From positions 416,001 through 480,000 of the forward strand of contig CAWHTE010000011.1 of assembly GCA_963832165.1 (NCBI GenBank): a stretch of 64,000 bases of DNA. Reading direction: 5' to 3'. The notes under the pieces are model-generated. The model ran no database searches. It was not told where the DNA came from and saw only the letters and a program-made list of their open reading frames with translations. Made by a program: the position numbers and the translations under genes. This stretch comes from an uncultured delta proteobacterium (GTDB lineage: Bacteria > Myxococcota_A > UBA9160 > SMWR01). Below, in pieces: positions 28,848 to 39,370 of the stretch. Positions within the stretch are counted from its first letter, which is position 1, and every line of letters starts with the position of its first letter.

Positions 28848-31800
28848 GAGTCGTTCCGCCGCTTTCCGATGATTTCGCGCAACTGCTCGGGCTGCACGGG
28901 CTTCACGAGGTGTTGGTCGAATCCGGCCTCGTGCGTGCGGCGGCGGTCTTCGTCCTGTCCCCATCCCGTCTGCGCGATGAGCAGGAGGTCGCGGAACCGC
29001 GCATCGGCGCGCAGCGTGCGCGCGACTTCATAGCCGTTCAGTCCGGGCAGTCCGAGATCCACGAGTGCGATCTCGGGCAGGAACTCCGACGCCGCGTCGA
29101 GCGCGGCGTGACCATCGGCCGCGAGCTTCACCCGATGTCCCATCAGCTCCAGCAGCTGACCGAGGCTGGTCGCGTGATCCTGGTTGTCGTCCACGATCAG
29201 AATGCGCTTCGACTCCTTCGCGCGTTGGACCGGAGCGGAGGTCGGCTCGTCCGTCGATAGAGCGGAATCTCCGACCGCGAGCGGCAAGCGGACCCTGAAC
29301 TCGCTGCCCTGGCCGGGACCCGGACTGTGGGCCTCGATGGTGCCGCCGTGCACCTGCACGAGGATGCTCGCAAGCGCGAGGCCGACACCGAGGCCACCCC
29401 GCCGGTCGCCCAGCGCGCGGCTCCCCTGGGTGAACATCTCGAAGATGTGCGGCAGGAGATCTGCGGCGATGCCTTCGCCGGTATCGCGCACGGAGATCAC
29501 CAGCTCGTCGGGCGCCGACGGGTCCGCTCCCGGAAGACGCTTTTCATGCGCCCGTTCAGCGCTGATCGTGACGGGCCCGCCGCGTCGGCTGAACTTGGCC
29601 GCGTTGTTGATCACGTTGATCAGCACCTGCGACATTCGCACGGTGTCCACGTTCAGGAACAGCGGCTCGGACGGAAGCGTCACCTTCAGCGTGGCTCCCC
29701 TCGACTCCAGGTAGGCACGGCAGGACTCCACCGCATTCTCGACGAGCGTCACCAGCGCGATCCGCTGCGGGTGCAGCTCGATCTTGCGTTCGGTGATTCG
29801 CGTCACGTCCATCAGGTCTTCGACGATCGTCGTCAGATAGTGGATCTGGCGTTGCAGGACGTCCCGCGCGCGCTCGATCGCGGCCTCGTCGCGATCCGCC
29901 ACCTGCATGATCTCGATCGCGTTCTGCATCGGGGAGATCGGGTTGCGCAGCTCGTGGGCGAGCGTGGCGATGAACTCGTCCTTGCGGCGATCTGCGATCC
30001 GCAGCGACTCCTCGGCGCGTTTGTGCTGATCGATGTCCAGCAGGACGATCACCGCGCCGTCGATCTTGTCGTCCGAAGTCCGGTACGGGAAGATGCGCAG
30101 GGAGCGCCAGCGGCCCTCGCGATCGCGGATCTCGCGCTCCACGTGCTGGACGGTCTCGATCGTGTTCTCGATCAACTGCTCGAGATCGGGTACCAGACCC
30201 ACCGGTGTCAAGTCGCTGATCGGCCGGTTGACGTCGCTCGGCAAGAGGCTCAGCGACTTCTGAGCCGGTGGTGTGAAGCGCCGGATCCGCAAGTCACCTC
30301 CGACCATCACGACCGGGATGTTGATGCTCGAGAGCAGATTGGTCAGGTCGTTGTTGGCCCGCGACAGCTCGAGGTTGCGGTGCTGGAGCTGCTCGTTGAC
30401 CGTGGTCAACTCCTCGTTGGCGGACTGCAGCTCCTCTTTCGCGGTCTCGAGCTCCTCGTTGGTGCTCTGAAGCTCCTCGTTGCTCGAGAGGATCGCGTCG
30501 TTCGCGGAGCGCAGCTCCGCGTTCGCAGCGTCCTGCTGCTCGAGCAACGACTGCAGGTATTCCTTGGTGGCATCGAGCTCCCGCCGCAGCCGGGCTTGTT
30601 CGCGCCGATCGGGATTCTCAGCGGGATCCGGGACGGCGTTCGGAGCCGGCGGAGCGCCGGCGTTCTGCGCGGGGTCGTGGAACACCACCAGGAAACATCC
30701 GTTGGGGCCGTTGGGAGGCGTCACGGGTACGACCTCGAGGTCGATCTCGCGCACCGTTCCGTCGGTGCGCACGCGCGCGCCACGGCGCCGGGCCTCCTTG
30801 GACTGCCGGACCTCGTCCAGAAGGCTTCGAAGCTCGAGGAACAGGCCTTCGCGGGCCATCTTGAGCAGATTCGTGGTGGGTTCACCCGGCGGAGATTCGA
30901 GGAAGGCGCTGGTCCGCCCGCGGAACTGCACGATGTCGAGATTCTCGTTGATCAATACCGCCGGTGGCGCGAAGCGACCGAGCAGGATGCGATCGGCCTC
31001 CCGTTCGAAATCTGCCGGAGTCGGCGTGGCCGGAGCGCGGCGGGTCGCCGTCGCGCTCACATCGCGGAGATGCTCGGTCGGAAGATCGAGCAGCGGCCGG
31101 CTCGCCGTGGCCTTCTTCGCGTAGATCTTGTGGGTGCGGTCGACGAGCTCGAACAGGTCGGCGTTCTCGCCCACCGTCTCGGCGCTGCCGAGCACGAGGA
31201 AGCCCGGCGCATTCAGCGCGTAATGGAACGCCGGCAGCACGCGCCGCTGCAGCGGCGGCGCGAGGTAGATCAGCAGGTTCCGGCAGCTGATCAGGTCCAC
31301 GTGGGAGAACGGCGGATCCGAAGTCACGTTCTGACGCGCGAACACGCACATCTTGCGAATCGACTCGTCGATCCGATAGAGGTGATCCTCGCGCTTGAAG
31401 AAGCGGCGCAGGCGATCCGGGGCGACCTCGGCCTCGATGCTTTCGGGGTAGAGACCGGCGCGCGCCTTGTCGAGCGACGTATGATCGCTCAGATCGGTCG
31501 CGAAGATCTGGATCGCGGGGCGCATCGGACGGTCGTCGAGGAATTCGAGCAGTGCGATCGCGAGCGAATACGCCTCCTGGCCGGTCGAGCAGCCGGGCAC
31601 CCACAGCCGCAGGGGCACCCCGGGCGTCTTCTCGTCGATGATCGCGGGGAACACGCGCATCTTGAGCGCTTCGAACAGCTCCGGATCGCGGAAGAAGCTG
31701 GTCACGTTGATCAGCAGATCGCGGTGCAGCGCATCCACTTCGCCGCGATCGGATTCGAGTCGCTGCGCGTAATCGGCCAGCGATTCATGCGCGTGGAGCG

Positions 31801-32572
31801 CCATGCGCCGCAGGATCCGCCGCTTGATCGTGGTGTCGCGGTACAGGCTGAAATCGACGCGCGTCACCGCGCGAACCGCAGAGAGGATCCGCTCGTACTG
31901 CCGCTTCTCGTCGCGCAAGGTGGTCTCGGGCTGGACGTCGGCGAGATAAGGATGGCCGCCGAGCGAGGTGAGACGATTCGCGATCTCCTCCGGCGTCAGC
32001 ACGAAATCGACGCAGCCGCTGTCGATCGCGCTGTGTGGCATCCCCGAATGTTTCGCGGACAGCTCCTCCTGCGCGAACGTGATCCCACCGACCGCCTTGA
32101 TCTCGCACAGGCCCAGCGTTCCGTCCGAGCCCGTGCCCGAGAGGACAACCCCAATCGCCCGCGCTTGCTGGTCTTCCGCGAGAGAGCGGAACAGGTGGTC
32201 GATCGGCAGGTGGGGTCTCTGGGCCGCCGGACGCGGACTCACGCGAAGCACACCGCCTCCGATCGCGAGGTCCGCGTTGGGAGGGATCACGTAGACGTGG
32301 TTCGGACGCACGGCGACACCGTGGGTCGCCTCCTCGACGGCCATCGGTGTGGCCTTGGCAAGAAGATCGGTCAGCCCACTTTCGTGTCTGGGGTCGAGGT
32401 GTTGAACCAGCACGAAGGCCATGCCGGTCTTCTCGGGCAGGTGCGCCAGCAGCTGCTTGAACGCCTCGAGACCGCCCGCCGAAGCTCCGATGCCGACGAC
32501 CGGGAACGGCTTGTCTTCGCGCGGCTCGTCGGTCGAGCGCTTGATGCTCGGGGGATCCGGCTTGACGCTCAC
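28844..32572 (-). CDS. CheB methylesterase-CheR methyltransferase-PAS-histidine kinase-receiver hybrid
   Basis: GIGASAGG/VQHL/SGTGSDG CheB triad, NVTSFFRD and GCSTGQEAYS CheR, SNEELQSTNEEL coiled coil, AHELRNP, GGLGVGL, C-terminal REC domain. Confidence 0.93.
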   Translation of the reverse strand: MSVKPDPPSIKRSTDEPREDKPFPVVGIGASAGGLEAFKQLLAHLPEKTGMAFVLVQHLDPRHESGLTDLLAKATPMAVEEATHGVAVRPNHVYVIPPNADLAIGGGVLRVSPRPAAQRPHLPIDHLFRSLAEDQQARAIGVVLSGTGSDGTLGLCEIKAVGGITFAQEELSAKHSGMPHSAIDSGCVDFVLTPEEIANRLTSLGGHPYLADVQPETTLRDEKRQYERILSAVRAVTRVDFSLYRDTTIKRRILRRMALHAHESLADYAQRLESDRGEVDALHRDLLINVTSFFRDPELFEALKMRVFPAIIDEKTPGVPLRLWVPGCSTGQEAYSLAIALLEFLDDRPMRPAIQIFATDLSDHTSLDKARAGLYPESIEAEVAPDRLRRFFKREDHLYRIDESIRKMCVFARQNVTSDPPFSHVDLISCRNLLIYLAPPLQRRVLPAFHYALNAPGFLVLGSAETVGENADLFELVDRTHKIYAKKATASRPLLDLPTEHLRDVSATATRRAPATPTPADFEREADRILLGRFAPPAVLINENLDIVQFRGRTSAFLESPPGEPTTNLLKMAREGLFLELRSLLDEVRQSKEARRRGARVRTDGTVREIDLEVVPVTPPNGPNGCFLVVFHDPAQNAGAPPAPNAVPDPAENPDRREQARLRRELDATKEYLQSLLEQQDAANAELRSANDAILSSNEELQSTNEELETAKEELQSANEELTTVNEQLQHRNLELSRANNDLTNLLSSINIPVVMVGGDLRIRRFTPPAQKSLSLLPSDVNRPISDLTPVGLVPDLEQLIENTIETVQHVEREIRDREGRWRSLRIFPYRTSDDKIDGAVIVLLDIDQHKRAEESLRIADRRKDEFIATLAHELRNPISPMQNAIEIMQVADRDEAAIERARDVLQRQIHYLTTIVEDLMDVTRITERKIELHPQRIALVTLVENAVESCRAYLESRGATLKVTLPSEPLFLNVDTVRMSQVLINVINNAAKFSRRGGPVTISAERAHEKRLPGADPSAPDELVISVRDTGEGIAADLLPHIFEMFTQGSRALGDRRGGLGVGLALASILVQVHGGTIEAHSPGPGQGSEFRVRLPLAVGDSALSTDEPTSAPVQRAKESKRILIVDDNQDHATSLGQLLELMGHRVKLAADGHAALDAASEFLPEIALVDLGLPGLNGYEVARTLRADARFRDLLLIAQTGWGQDEDRRRTHEAGFDQHLVKPVQPEQLREIIGKRRNDS

Positions 32573-32593
32573 TGCATGGATAGGCAGGGCGTA

Positions 32594-32848
32594 TCAATCA
32601 CGGCGGATCGAATCCGAGTCCGCTGCCGAACTCTTTGCGCGCGCGAGCTCGCGGAGCTGGCTCTCGAGCGCATCGCGGGTTTCGTGGAGAGAGTGGCACG
32701 TCGCGCTGACGCGACCCGCGCCGGTATGGATCGTCGCCGTCCAGAGACTGTCGCGGCCCGGCAGGAGGTCGTACGTGATCGTGGCCGGAAGGGCGGGAAA
32801 CCCGCCGGGCCCCCTGTGATGACGACGGCCGATGTTCGTCTCTGCCAT
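32594..32848 (-). CDS. Small hypothetical protein (84 aa)
   Basis: ORF with mostly G/C-ending codons, directly upstream of and co-oriented with the CheBR kinase; no clear RBS. Confidence 0.4.
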   Translation of the reverse strand: MAETNIGRRHHRGPGGFPALPATITYDLLPGRDSLWTATIHTGAGRVSATCHSLHETRDALESQLRELARAKSSAADSDSIRRD

Positions 32849-33133
32849 ATCCGAGGCTCTCTGAGGCAGAGTACCCCGTCGCTCCGCTGGGCGCTGAAAA
32901 ATCTCAGGTGGGTGAATCGAAGTAGCTGGATGAAAGGATGAAAGGAGCAGCGCCTAATCAGGCCCGCTGCCCGCGGCGACCCCTCGGGGTGGCGGCTCGC
33001 GATGCCGATCCTTCGGGAACGGCGAGGCGGAACTCCTCGCCGTTGGCATCCATATGCTCAAGGATGTGACGGGCCACACCGATAGCTCCTGTGCGCGCCG
33101 TGTGCAGTTCATGGCGCATGGGAGGTCTTTAGA

Positions 33134-33340
33134 ATGCGCAATTTCCTCAAGCGATTGCTCTCCGAGGAGAGCGGTGCCACGGCCATCGAGTACGGCCTGA
33201 TTGCCGGCCTGATCGCCGTCGTGATCATCGGCGCGCTCACCGTCACGGGCACGAGCCTCAACACGCTGTTCGAAACGGTTTCGGGCGAGCTCGAGACCGT
33301 GGCGGGCGGCGGTGGTGGTGGCGCTCCCGCTGCTCCGTAG
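33134..33340 (+). CDS. flp: Flp pilin (Tad pilus major subunit)
   Basis: EESG|ATAIEYGLIA Flp motif, hydrophobic helix, GGGAGG RBS. Confidence 0.93.
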   Translation: MRNFLKRLLSEESGATAIEYGLIAGLIAVVIIGALTVTGTSLNTLFETVSGELETVAGGGGGGAPAAP

Positions 33341-33408
33341 TCCGATCGCGGTGTGATACGGCGGCGGCTCTGACTGCCGGGCGTAGCTGCGCCGCGGAAG
33401 GCGGTGTG

Positions 33409-33894
33409 ATGAGTCGCGTGCAGAAGACTCGGGATCGTCGACGCGAGCGCGGTGCGAGCGCGATCGAGTTCGCACTCGTGTTCCCGATCTTCTTCGGCCT
33501 CATCTACCTGATGATCAGCTACGGGCTCCTGTTCAGTCTTCAGCACTCGATTACGGAGGCAGCGAAGGAGTCGGCGCGCTCGGCAGTGGCCTGCGATCCG
33601 ACGCTCGCGACGGCGGCGCACGAGACATGCGTCACGACTCGCGCGCGCGCGACCGCAGCCGCATCACTCGACTGGCTCCCCAGCGATCTCCGCAATCGGA
33701 TCCTCGGCGCGTCGAACGGCAACGTGGATGTCACGTTCGCCACGAACGCGGGCACGGGGAAGACCGTGGAAGTTCTCGTGGAACTTCCCGACTACGCAGC
33801 GACTCCAATCCTTCCCACCCTCACTCTTCCGTTCCTCGGTTCGATCCCCCCCCTTCCGGACCGCCTCGCGGGCCGGGCCGTGGTCTTGCTCTAA
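33409..33894 (+). CDS. tadE: TadE-like pseudopilin
   Basis: RG|ASAIEFALVFPIF, AAKESAR motifs. Confidence 0.85.
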   Translation: MSRVQKTRDRRRERGASAIEFALVFPIFFGLIYLMISYGLLFSLQHSITEAAKESARSAVACDPTLATAAHETCVTTRARATAAASLDWLPSDLRNRILGASNGNVDVTFATNAGTGKTVEVLVELPDYAATPILPTLTLPFLGSIPPLPDRLAGRAVVLL

Positions 33895-33919
33895 CGCACC
33901 GCGCAAAGGGGCCTAACAT

Positions 33920-34750
33920 ATGCAGAGTCGGACGGTGCGAAACCTGGCGATCGCAATGATCGTCGTCGCACTCGGGCTGGGACTGTTCGCGCTGCGGCTG
34001 GTGCGGGACCTGCGCAATTCGGCGCAGGCCACCGAGACCACCGTCCGCAGCGACCTTCCGCGCGTGGTGGTCGCGGTCGCCGCGATCCCGGAAGGGAAGT
34101 CGGTCGAGTCCGAAGCGCTCTCCCTCGAGGCCGTATCGCTGGTCCCGGAGGGCTCGTTCCGCAAGCTCGAGGACGTGGTCGGGCGCAAGGTCTACCAGTC
34201 GGTGGGGCAGGGCGAGTCGCTGCTCGCGCGCCACTTCCGCCCGCCGGGTCCGGTTTCGAGCCGGATCAAGCCCGATGAACGCGCGATTGCCGTGAAGGTC
34301 GACGGTGTGATCGGGCTCGGCGGATTCATCCAGCCCGACGATCGCGTCGACGTGCTGCTCTATCTCGCGCGCGACCAGAGGGAGATCCCCGACACCCAGG
34401 CGCGCGTGCTGCTCGAGAACATCCGCGTGCTCGCCTACGGCGCGAACCTCGAGCGCCGCGAGCAGGAAGAGAGCGACGACAACACCAACAACGCGCGCAC
34501 GGCCGTGCTCGCGGTGCCGGAGGCCGACGTCGATCGCCTGATGCTCGGTGCGAGCAAGGGTCTCCTGCGGCTCGCGCTGCGCGGCGATCCGGTCGAAGGG
34601 GAGCTCGGGGCACTGCCCCGGCCCAAGGGTGAGTACGAGAGTCTGGCCAGCCTGCTCAGCAACGCGCCGTCCAAGGTCAGCGGTTCCGGCAAGGCTGTGC
34701 GCAAGCCCCGAGTGCTCCGCGGCGAGGAGCAGGAGATCGACCGCTATTGA
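33920..34750 (+). CDS. cpaB: Flp pilus assembly protein CpaB/RcpC
   Basis: SAF domain VVVAVAAIPEG, RAIAVKVD.VIG.GGFIQP.DRVDV, LENIRVLA, LRLALR. Confidence 0.9.
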   Translation: MQSRTVRNLAIAMIVVALGLGLFALRLVRDLRNSAQATETTVRSDLPRVVVAVAAIPEGKSVESEALSLEAVSLVPEGSFRKLEDVVGRKVYQSVGQGESLLARHFRPPGPVSSRIKPDERAIAVKVDGVIGLGGFIQPDDRVDVLLYLARDQREIPDTQARVLLENIRVLAYGANLERREQEESDDNTNNARTAVLAVPEADVDRLMLGASKGLLRLALRGDPVEGELGALPRPKGEYESLASLLSNAPSKVSGSGKAVRKPRVLRGEEQEIDRY

Positions 34751-35961
34751 GCGCCCAACACCACAACTCCTGGCGACGTCGACTCGCTGCAACCGGTCTC
34801 GCGATCGCGGGTTGGGCCGTGTTTGCGGGCCCGGCCCGCGCCACCGACATCGCGGTCGAGGCCGGCTCGCAGAGCGTGATCGTGCCTCCGAGCCCGGTGC
34901 GCCGTGCCGCGGTGGCGGATCCCGCGATCGCCGACGTCGAGATCATCAATCCGAACGAAGTGCTCGTGATCGGCAAGCATCCGGGTGCCACCAATCTCGC
35001 GCTGTGGGTCGAAGGCGCCGAGGAGCCCCACCGCTACGACGTGAACGTCGAGGCGGCGAGCCTGGGCAAGCCCAGCGAGGGCTCGGCCCAGGTCCAGATC
35101 GACACGCGCATCGTCGAGCTCTCGCGCAAGGCGCTGCTCCAGGCCGGAATCAACTTCGCGCGCGTCTCCAACAACTCCGCGATCGCGGTCTCGCCGCCGG
35201 GCACCCTCTCGGGCATCAGCGGCGGCGGCGGCACGGGCTTCCTGCTCGACAGCGCGAGCGGCTTCCTGCCGCTCTCCCAGGCGTTCAATCTCGCGTACGG
35301 GAACAACAGCGAGAACCTGCTCGTGACCGTGAGCGTGCTCGAGCAGAACGGCTTCGCGCACACGCTCGCCGAGCCGAGCCTCGTGGCGCTCTCCGGGCAG
35401 ACCGCGAGCTTCCTCGCGGGCGGCGAGCTCCCGATTCCGGTCGTTCAGAACAGCGGCGGCGGGAACTCGATCACGATCGAGTACAAGCCGTTCGGAATCC
35501 GCCTCATGGTGACTCCGACCGTGCTCGCGAACGATCGCATCGCGCTCAAGGTCGCACCCGAGGTGAGCGAGATCGACTTCACCACGAGCGTCGACACGGG
35601 CGGTGTGACGGTGCCGGGCCTGCGCACGCGCCGCGCCGACACGGCAATCGAGCTCGGGAGCGGCGAGAGCTTCGCGATCAGCGGGCTGATCAGCCAGCAG
35701 ATGAACTCGAACATCGACAAGATTCCGGGGCTCGGCGACCTGCCGATCCTCGGCGCGCTCTTCAAGACCACGCGCTTCGAGCGCGAAGACCGCGAGCTCC
35801 TCATGATCGTTTCACCCCATCTCGTGAAGCCGCTCCGCGCGGACGCAACGAAGCTGCCCACTCCCGGCGAGGAGTACGAGCACTACCTGCCGGGCCTGTG
35901 GGAGCTGCAGTTCGGCGAGACGGGAAAGTTCGACCCGGAAGGTCCCGGTTTCTGGCCCTAG
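34747..35961 (+). CDS. cpaC: Tad secretin CpaC/RcpA
   Basis: AVADPAIADV, LAEPSLVALSGQTASFLAGGELPIP, YKPFGIRL, PEVSE, KIPGLGDLPILGALF. Confidence 0.92.
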   Translation: MSAQHHNSWRRRLAATGLAIAGWAVFAGPARATDIAVEAGSQSVIVPPSPVRRAAVADPAIADVEIINPNEVLVIGKHPGATNLALWVEGAEEPHRYDVNVEAASLGKPSEGSAQVQIDTRIVELSRKALLQAGINFARVSNNSAIAVSPPGTLSGISGGGGTGFLLDSASGFLPLSQAFNLAYGNNSENLLVTVSVLEQNGFAHTLAEPSLVALSGQTASFLAGGELPIPVVQNSGGGNSITIEYKPFGIRLMVTPTVLANDRIALKVAPEVSEIDFTTSVDTGGVTVPGLRTRRADTAIELGSGESFAISGLISQQMNSNIDKIPGLGDLPILGALFKTTRFEREDRELLMIVSPHLVKPLRADATKLPTPGEEYEHYLPGLWELQFGETGKFDPEGPGFWP

Positions 35962-35971
35962 GGAGACGTCC

Positions 35972-37180
35972 TTGAAGCACCGGTTCATCGCCGTGACGGA
36001 GAGCGAGGCCCACGTCCAGTGGCTCGAGGAGAGCCTCGGTCCGCTCGCCGAGGCCGTCATCGCCGACGACATCGCGCCCGATCGCATCGCCCAGCTCGCG
36101 GACGCCGCGGCGGGCAGCGTCGTGTTCGTGCGCGTGAACGTGGCAGACCTGCGCTCGCGCACGGAGCTGATCAAGGCGCTGCTCCAGCGCAAGCCGCACC
36201 TGGGCGTGATCGCGATCGGCGACGAAGAGGACAAGGACGTGATCCTCGAATCGGTGCGGGCCGGCGCGCGCGACTTCGTGCGCGTGGGCTCCGACCGGCG
36301 CGAGGCCTACGCCGCGTTCCAGCGCGTGTTCGAGAGCGCGCCGAGCCAGACCGCGACGCCGAGCGGCAAGCAGATCGCGCTCTTGTGCTCGCGGCCCGAC
36401 ATCGCAGCGTCGAGCTTCGCGGTGCACCTCGCACTGCGCTTCGTCGAGATGGCGAGGCGGGACGAGAAGGTGCTGATGATCGACCTGGGCGTGCCCGCGG
36501 CCGACTCGCTGCTCTATCTCGACGTCGAGCCCTCGTATACGTTCGTCGACGCGGTCCGCAGCGTGCGGCGCTTCGACCAGACCCTGATCGAGACGGCCTT
36601 CTCGCGCGATCGCAGCGGGCTCGCGCTGCTGCCGCTGCTCGACGACCCGGGCCAGATCCGCGACGTGAACGGCAACGACATGCTCGCGCTGTTCTCGATC
36701 CTGAAGGCCCACTTCAGCCGCACGATCCTCTATCTGGGCGGGCTCCGATCGCCCGACTTCCTCGTGCAGGCGCTCTCGCAGGCCGACGAGGTGCTGCTGC
36801 TCGCCGACCAGTCGGTGGCGAACTGCTCGGCCGCGCGCCGCCTGCTCGACGATCTCAAGGAGCTCAACTACCCGGTTCGCGACATCCGCCTCGTGCTCGA
36901 GCGCTACACCGACAAGCTCGAGCCCCACGCGGACAAGGTGTCCGAGCTGCTGGGACTCCCGCTCGCCGCGGCGCTGCCGCCGAACGGCTTCGACATCGTC
37001 CGCGCGATGAACGGCGCCACGAACCTGTTCGAGATGGTGCCGAACTCGCCCTACGTGACCGGTATGCGCGCGCTCGTCGACGATCTGCTCGGTCGCAAGA
37101 CGTCGGAGAAGCCCACTTCGCGAGGCGCCGTTCTCATGAATCGGCTGCGCAAGGTCGTACGCCGCCGTGGCGCGCAATGA
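35972..37180 (+). CDS. cpaE: CpaE/TadZ pilus localisation protein (receiver-like plus MinD-like)
   Basis: RAGARDF receiver-like segment, degenerate MinD-like domain, position between secretin and ATPase. Confidence 0.8.
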   Translation: MKHRFIAVTESEAHVQWLEESLGPLAEAVIADDIAPDRIAQLADAAAGSVVFVRVNVADLRSRTELIKALLQRKPHLGVIAIGDEEDKDVILESVRAGARDFVRVGSDRREAYAAFQRVFESAPSQTATPSGKQIALLCSRPDIAASSFAVHLALRFVEMARRDEKVLMIDLGVPAADSLLYLDVEPSYTFVDAVRSVRRFDQTLIETAFSRDRSGLALLPLLDDPGQIRDVNGNDMLALFSILKAHFSRTILYLGGLRSPDFLVQALSQADEVLLLADQSVANCSAARRLLDDLKELNYPVRDIRLVLERYTDKLEPHADKVSELLGLPLAAALPPNGFDIVRAMNGATNLFEMVPNSPYVTGMRALVDDLLGRKTSEKPTSRGAVLMNRLRKVVRRRGAQ

Positions 37181-38466
37181 TGTTCGACAACTCCGCGTCG
37201 CCGATTCGCCTCCGCCAGGAAAACGACATGCAGGGCCTGAAGGGCCGCCTGCATCGCCATCTCATCGACGCGATCGACGAGGATCGCGCCGACATCGACG
37301 CGTGGTCGGCCGACGAGCTGCGCCGCTATCTCGAGACCCGGATCGCGCGCTTCATCAGCGAGAACAAGATCGCGGTGAACCGCAACGAGACGCAGGATCT
37401 CGTCGCGAGCATGGTCGACGAGCTCTCCGGGCTCGGCCCGATCCAGCCGCTCGTCGACGACGACGACGTGAACGACATCCTCGTCAACGGCCGCGACCGC
37501 GTATTCGTGGAGCGCAAGGGCAAGCTCGAGCTCACCGACATCCGCTTCAACGACGACCGCCACGTCCAGCGCATCATCCAGCGCATCATCGCGCCGCTGG
37601 GCCGGCGCATCGACGAATCGTGCCCGATGGTCGACGCGCGGCTCCAGGACGGCAGCCGCGTGAACGCCGTGATTCCGCCGGTCGCCCTCGACGGGCCCGC
37701 GCTATCGATCCGCAAGTTCCGCAAGGAGCCGCTGCGCGCTGGCGACCTGATCGCCTACGGCACGTTCGACGACCAGATGCTGCGCATGCTCACGGCGGCC
37801 GTGCAGGCGCGCTGCAACATCATCGTCTCGGGCGGTACCGGCGCGGGCAAGACGACGCTCTTGAACGTGCTCTCTCAGCACATTCCCGAAGGCGAGCGCC
37901 TCGTCACGATCGAGGACGCCGCGGAGCTCTCGCTCGGGCATCCCCACGTGGTGCGGCTCGAGACGCGCCCGCCGAACCTCGAGGGGACCGGCGAGGTCGC
38001 GGCACGCGACCTCGTGAAGAACGCGCTACGCATGCGCCCCTCGCGGATCATCGTCGGCGAGGTCCGCGGTGAAGAAGTGATCGACATGCTTCAGGCCATG
38101 AACACGGGCCACGAAGGGTCGATGACGACGATCCACGCGAACAGCGCGCGCGATGCGCTCACGCGCGTCGAGATGCTCGTCGGAATGAGCGGATTCAAGG
38201 GCAGCGACGCGACGCTGCGACACAACATCGCGAGCGCGATCGATTTCATCATCCAGATCAGTCGACTCCCGAGCGGCAAGCGCAAGCTCGTGAGCATCAC
38301 CGAGCTCACGGGCATCGGCGACGACACGTACATGACCCAGGACCTGTACAGCTGGGACTACGACAACGAGCGATTCAAGAGCGCCGGGGTGACGCCGAAC
38401 CACGCCGGGCTGCAGCGCACGCTGGGACAGCGGCCGCAGGCGAAGAGCGGGTTCTCCATTGGCTAG
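37177..38466 (+). CDS. cpaF: CpaF/TadA secretion ATPase
   Basis: [68 protein letters not shown]. Confidence 0.95.
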   Translation: MMFDNSASPIRLRQENDMQGLKGRLHRHLIDAIDEDRADIDAWSADELRRYLETRIARFISENKIAVNRNETQDLVASMVDELSGLGPIQPLVDDDDVNDILVNGRDRVFVERKGKLELTDIRFNDDRHVQRIIQRIIAPLGRRIDESCPMVDARLQDGSRVNAVIPPVALDGPALSIRKFRKEPLRAGDLIAYGTFDDQMLRMLTAAVQARCNIIVSGGTGAGKTTLLNVLSQHIPEGERLVTIEDAAELSLGHPHVVRLETRPPNLEGTGEVAARDLVKNALRMRPSRIIVGEVRGEEVIDMLQAMNTGHEGSMTTIHANSARDALTRVEMLVGMSGFKGSDATLRHNIASAIDFIIQISRLPSGKRKLVSITELTGIGDDTYMTQDLYSWDYDNERFKSAGVTPNHAGLQRTLGQRPQAKSGFSIG

Positions 38467-39368
38467 CGTCCTGCTGCTCGCGACCTTCGCTGCCCTGCTC
38501 TCGATCGCCGGGGCGGCGTTCTCGACGGTGATCCGCGAGCACGCGCAGCAGCGCGAGCGGATCCACGCGCTATTCGAGCGCGAGGCGCGCGTGGGTGCTC
38601 CGTCGGAGACGGTGATCGCGGCCCCTTCGGCCGTGGCCTCTTGGGTCGAAGACCGCATGCGGCGCGCGGGGATCGAGCCCCGCAGCTGGCACATCGTAGC
38701 GGCCGCGTTTGCGGGCGTGCTCTGGATCGGCACCGCTGGGCTGTTGCGCGGTCCGATCGGCGCGCTCGTCAGCGCGGTGGCACTGGGCGCCGCGGTCGTC
38801 CTGTTCCTCAACTGGAAGACGCGCAAGCAGAGCGAGAAGATCCTCGAGCAGCTGCCGAGCCTTCCTCGACCACATCACGCGCGCGGTGCAGACCGGCAGC
38901 AGCCTGCCGAATGCGCTCGTCGCGGCCACCGAGGAGATCCCGGAGCCGATCCACAGCGTGTTTGCGCGCGTCGTCCGCCAGACGCGGCTCGGTGTTACGA
39001 TCGAGGAGGCGCTGGATCAGGCCGCGTCGCTCTACTCGGTGCGCGAGCTCTCGATCCTGGCGCTCTCGGTTCGCGTCTCGCAGCGCTACGGCGGAAGCGT
39101 GCGCGACGTGCTCGGGAGCATCGTGACGATGATCCGCCAGCGAGAACGCGCGCGCCGCGAGTTCCGTGCGATGACGGGCGAGACGCGCCTGTCGGCGTTG
39201 ATCCTGGGGGCCTTGCCGACCGTGATCGGCGCCTACGTGATGATCGTGAATCCGGACTACCTCGGGCGGATGATGGCCGATCCGGTGGGCGTGATCCTGC
39301 TCTACGTGTCGGGCGGCCTCCAGGTGCTTGGAAGCTTCGTGCTCTGGCGGATGGTCAAGTCGGTCTAG
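38459..39368 (+). CDS. tadB: TadB inner-membrane platform protein; frameshift near 38860
   Basis: EQLP.FLD.ITRAV.TG.SL..A, QRYGG, RQRE..RRE.RAMTGETRLSA across two frames. Confidence 0.85.
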
Positions 39369-39370
39369 CG

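Noticed and set aside
29327..32941. 1204-aa plus-strand ORF and other long overlapping ORFs (e.g. 15344..18106, 6740..9058)
   Set aside because: Antisense or shadow frames of real genes in high-GC DNA; no recognisable domains.
33043..33058. Sigma-54 promoter for flp (TTGGCATCCATATGCT)
   Set aside because: GG-to-GC spacing is 9 nt rather than the required 10. It would only be valid if a base is missing from the assembly.
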